This document shows positions 52,067-52,181 of a DNA stretch of 52,181 nucleotides, one piece after another; the stretch's first letter is position 1; each line of letters opens with the position of its first letter. The notes beneath the pieces are model-generated. The model ran no database searches, was not told where the DNA came from, and saw only the letters and a list, made by a program, of their open reading frames with translations. A program made the position numbers and the translations under genes. The stretch lies in the IMG/VR virus record IMGVR_UViG_3300045988_143416, positions 1-52,181 of that record; one strand, 5' to 3'. The DNA is from a virus.

Positions 52067-52181
52067 TTGACAAAAAAGAATTAGTTAATCTTATCAAGAA
52101 ACAACAAGCCGAGGACGACAAAGCCTATAAAATGTTTAGTTTTGATGATGATTTTACGGTGATTTACAAGGCAAAAAAAGC
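52063..52181. repeat. Terminal direct repeat; identical to 1-119
   Basis: Read directly from the sequence. Confidence 0.95.

Noticed and set aside
1-52181. Search for a reverse transcriptase (DGR or retron), CRISPR array, tRNA genes, toxin-antitoxin pairs or known multi-gene defence systems
   Set aside because: No RT motifs (YxDD), no repeat-spacer array, no cloverleaf candidates in the intergenic gaps, and no recognisable nuclease or NTPase defence cassettes were seen by eye. Absence is not proven without profile searches.

Overview
The window is one complete phage genome. Bases 1-119 are identical to 52063-52181, so the unit is 52,062 bp and either circular or terminally redundant. It looks like a temperate, contractile-tailed phage of a low-GC Gram-positive host. 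The host guess is an inference from gene families: XhlA-like protein, phi-LC3-type holin, CHAP and Amidase_3 lysins with SH3 domains, a large serine integrase, and an ArpU/RinA-like regulator.

Layout on the + strand unless stated:
- 1-2216: small early genes, dUTPase, RusA-like resolvase, late-regulator candidate.
- 2390-10330: packaging and head entry genes (terS, an inserted PP-loop/ParB module, an antisense cassette, terL, portal, MuF).
- 11276-35066: scaffold, capsid, connectors, sheath, tube, two chaperones, intron-split tape measure, baseplate, two fibres, lysis genes.
- 35191-39191: cargo genes.
- 39235-41949 (minus strand): serine integrase and two XRE repressor-like genes.
- 42128-52066: early and replication genes (Cro-like, DUF1351, Erf, MBL-fold, SSB, HNH, replisome organizer, G39P-like loader, many small Cys-rich ORFs).

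Main observations:
1. The tape-measure gene is split by an 874-nt group-I-like intron carrying an HNH homing endonuclease with its own promoter.
2. Six or seven dispersed promoters share a 16-bp palindromic operator fused to the -10 box, plus a conserved leader hairpin and an unusual SD. One of these promoters heads an operon that ends in an HTH gene.
3. A PAPS-reductase-family enzyme and a ParB-like protein, bracketed by two basic mini-proteins with Gly-Gly C-termini, sit between terS and terL.
4. Two late gene blocks are preceded by a promoter followed closely by a terminator. With many further internal terminators, this implies processive antitermination.
5. The MuF head protein carries a C-terminal GNAT-like domain.
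6. A degenerate resolvase-domain protein lies next to the integrase.

All family assignments come from motif recognition by eye. No database search was run.
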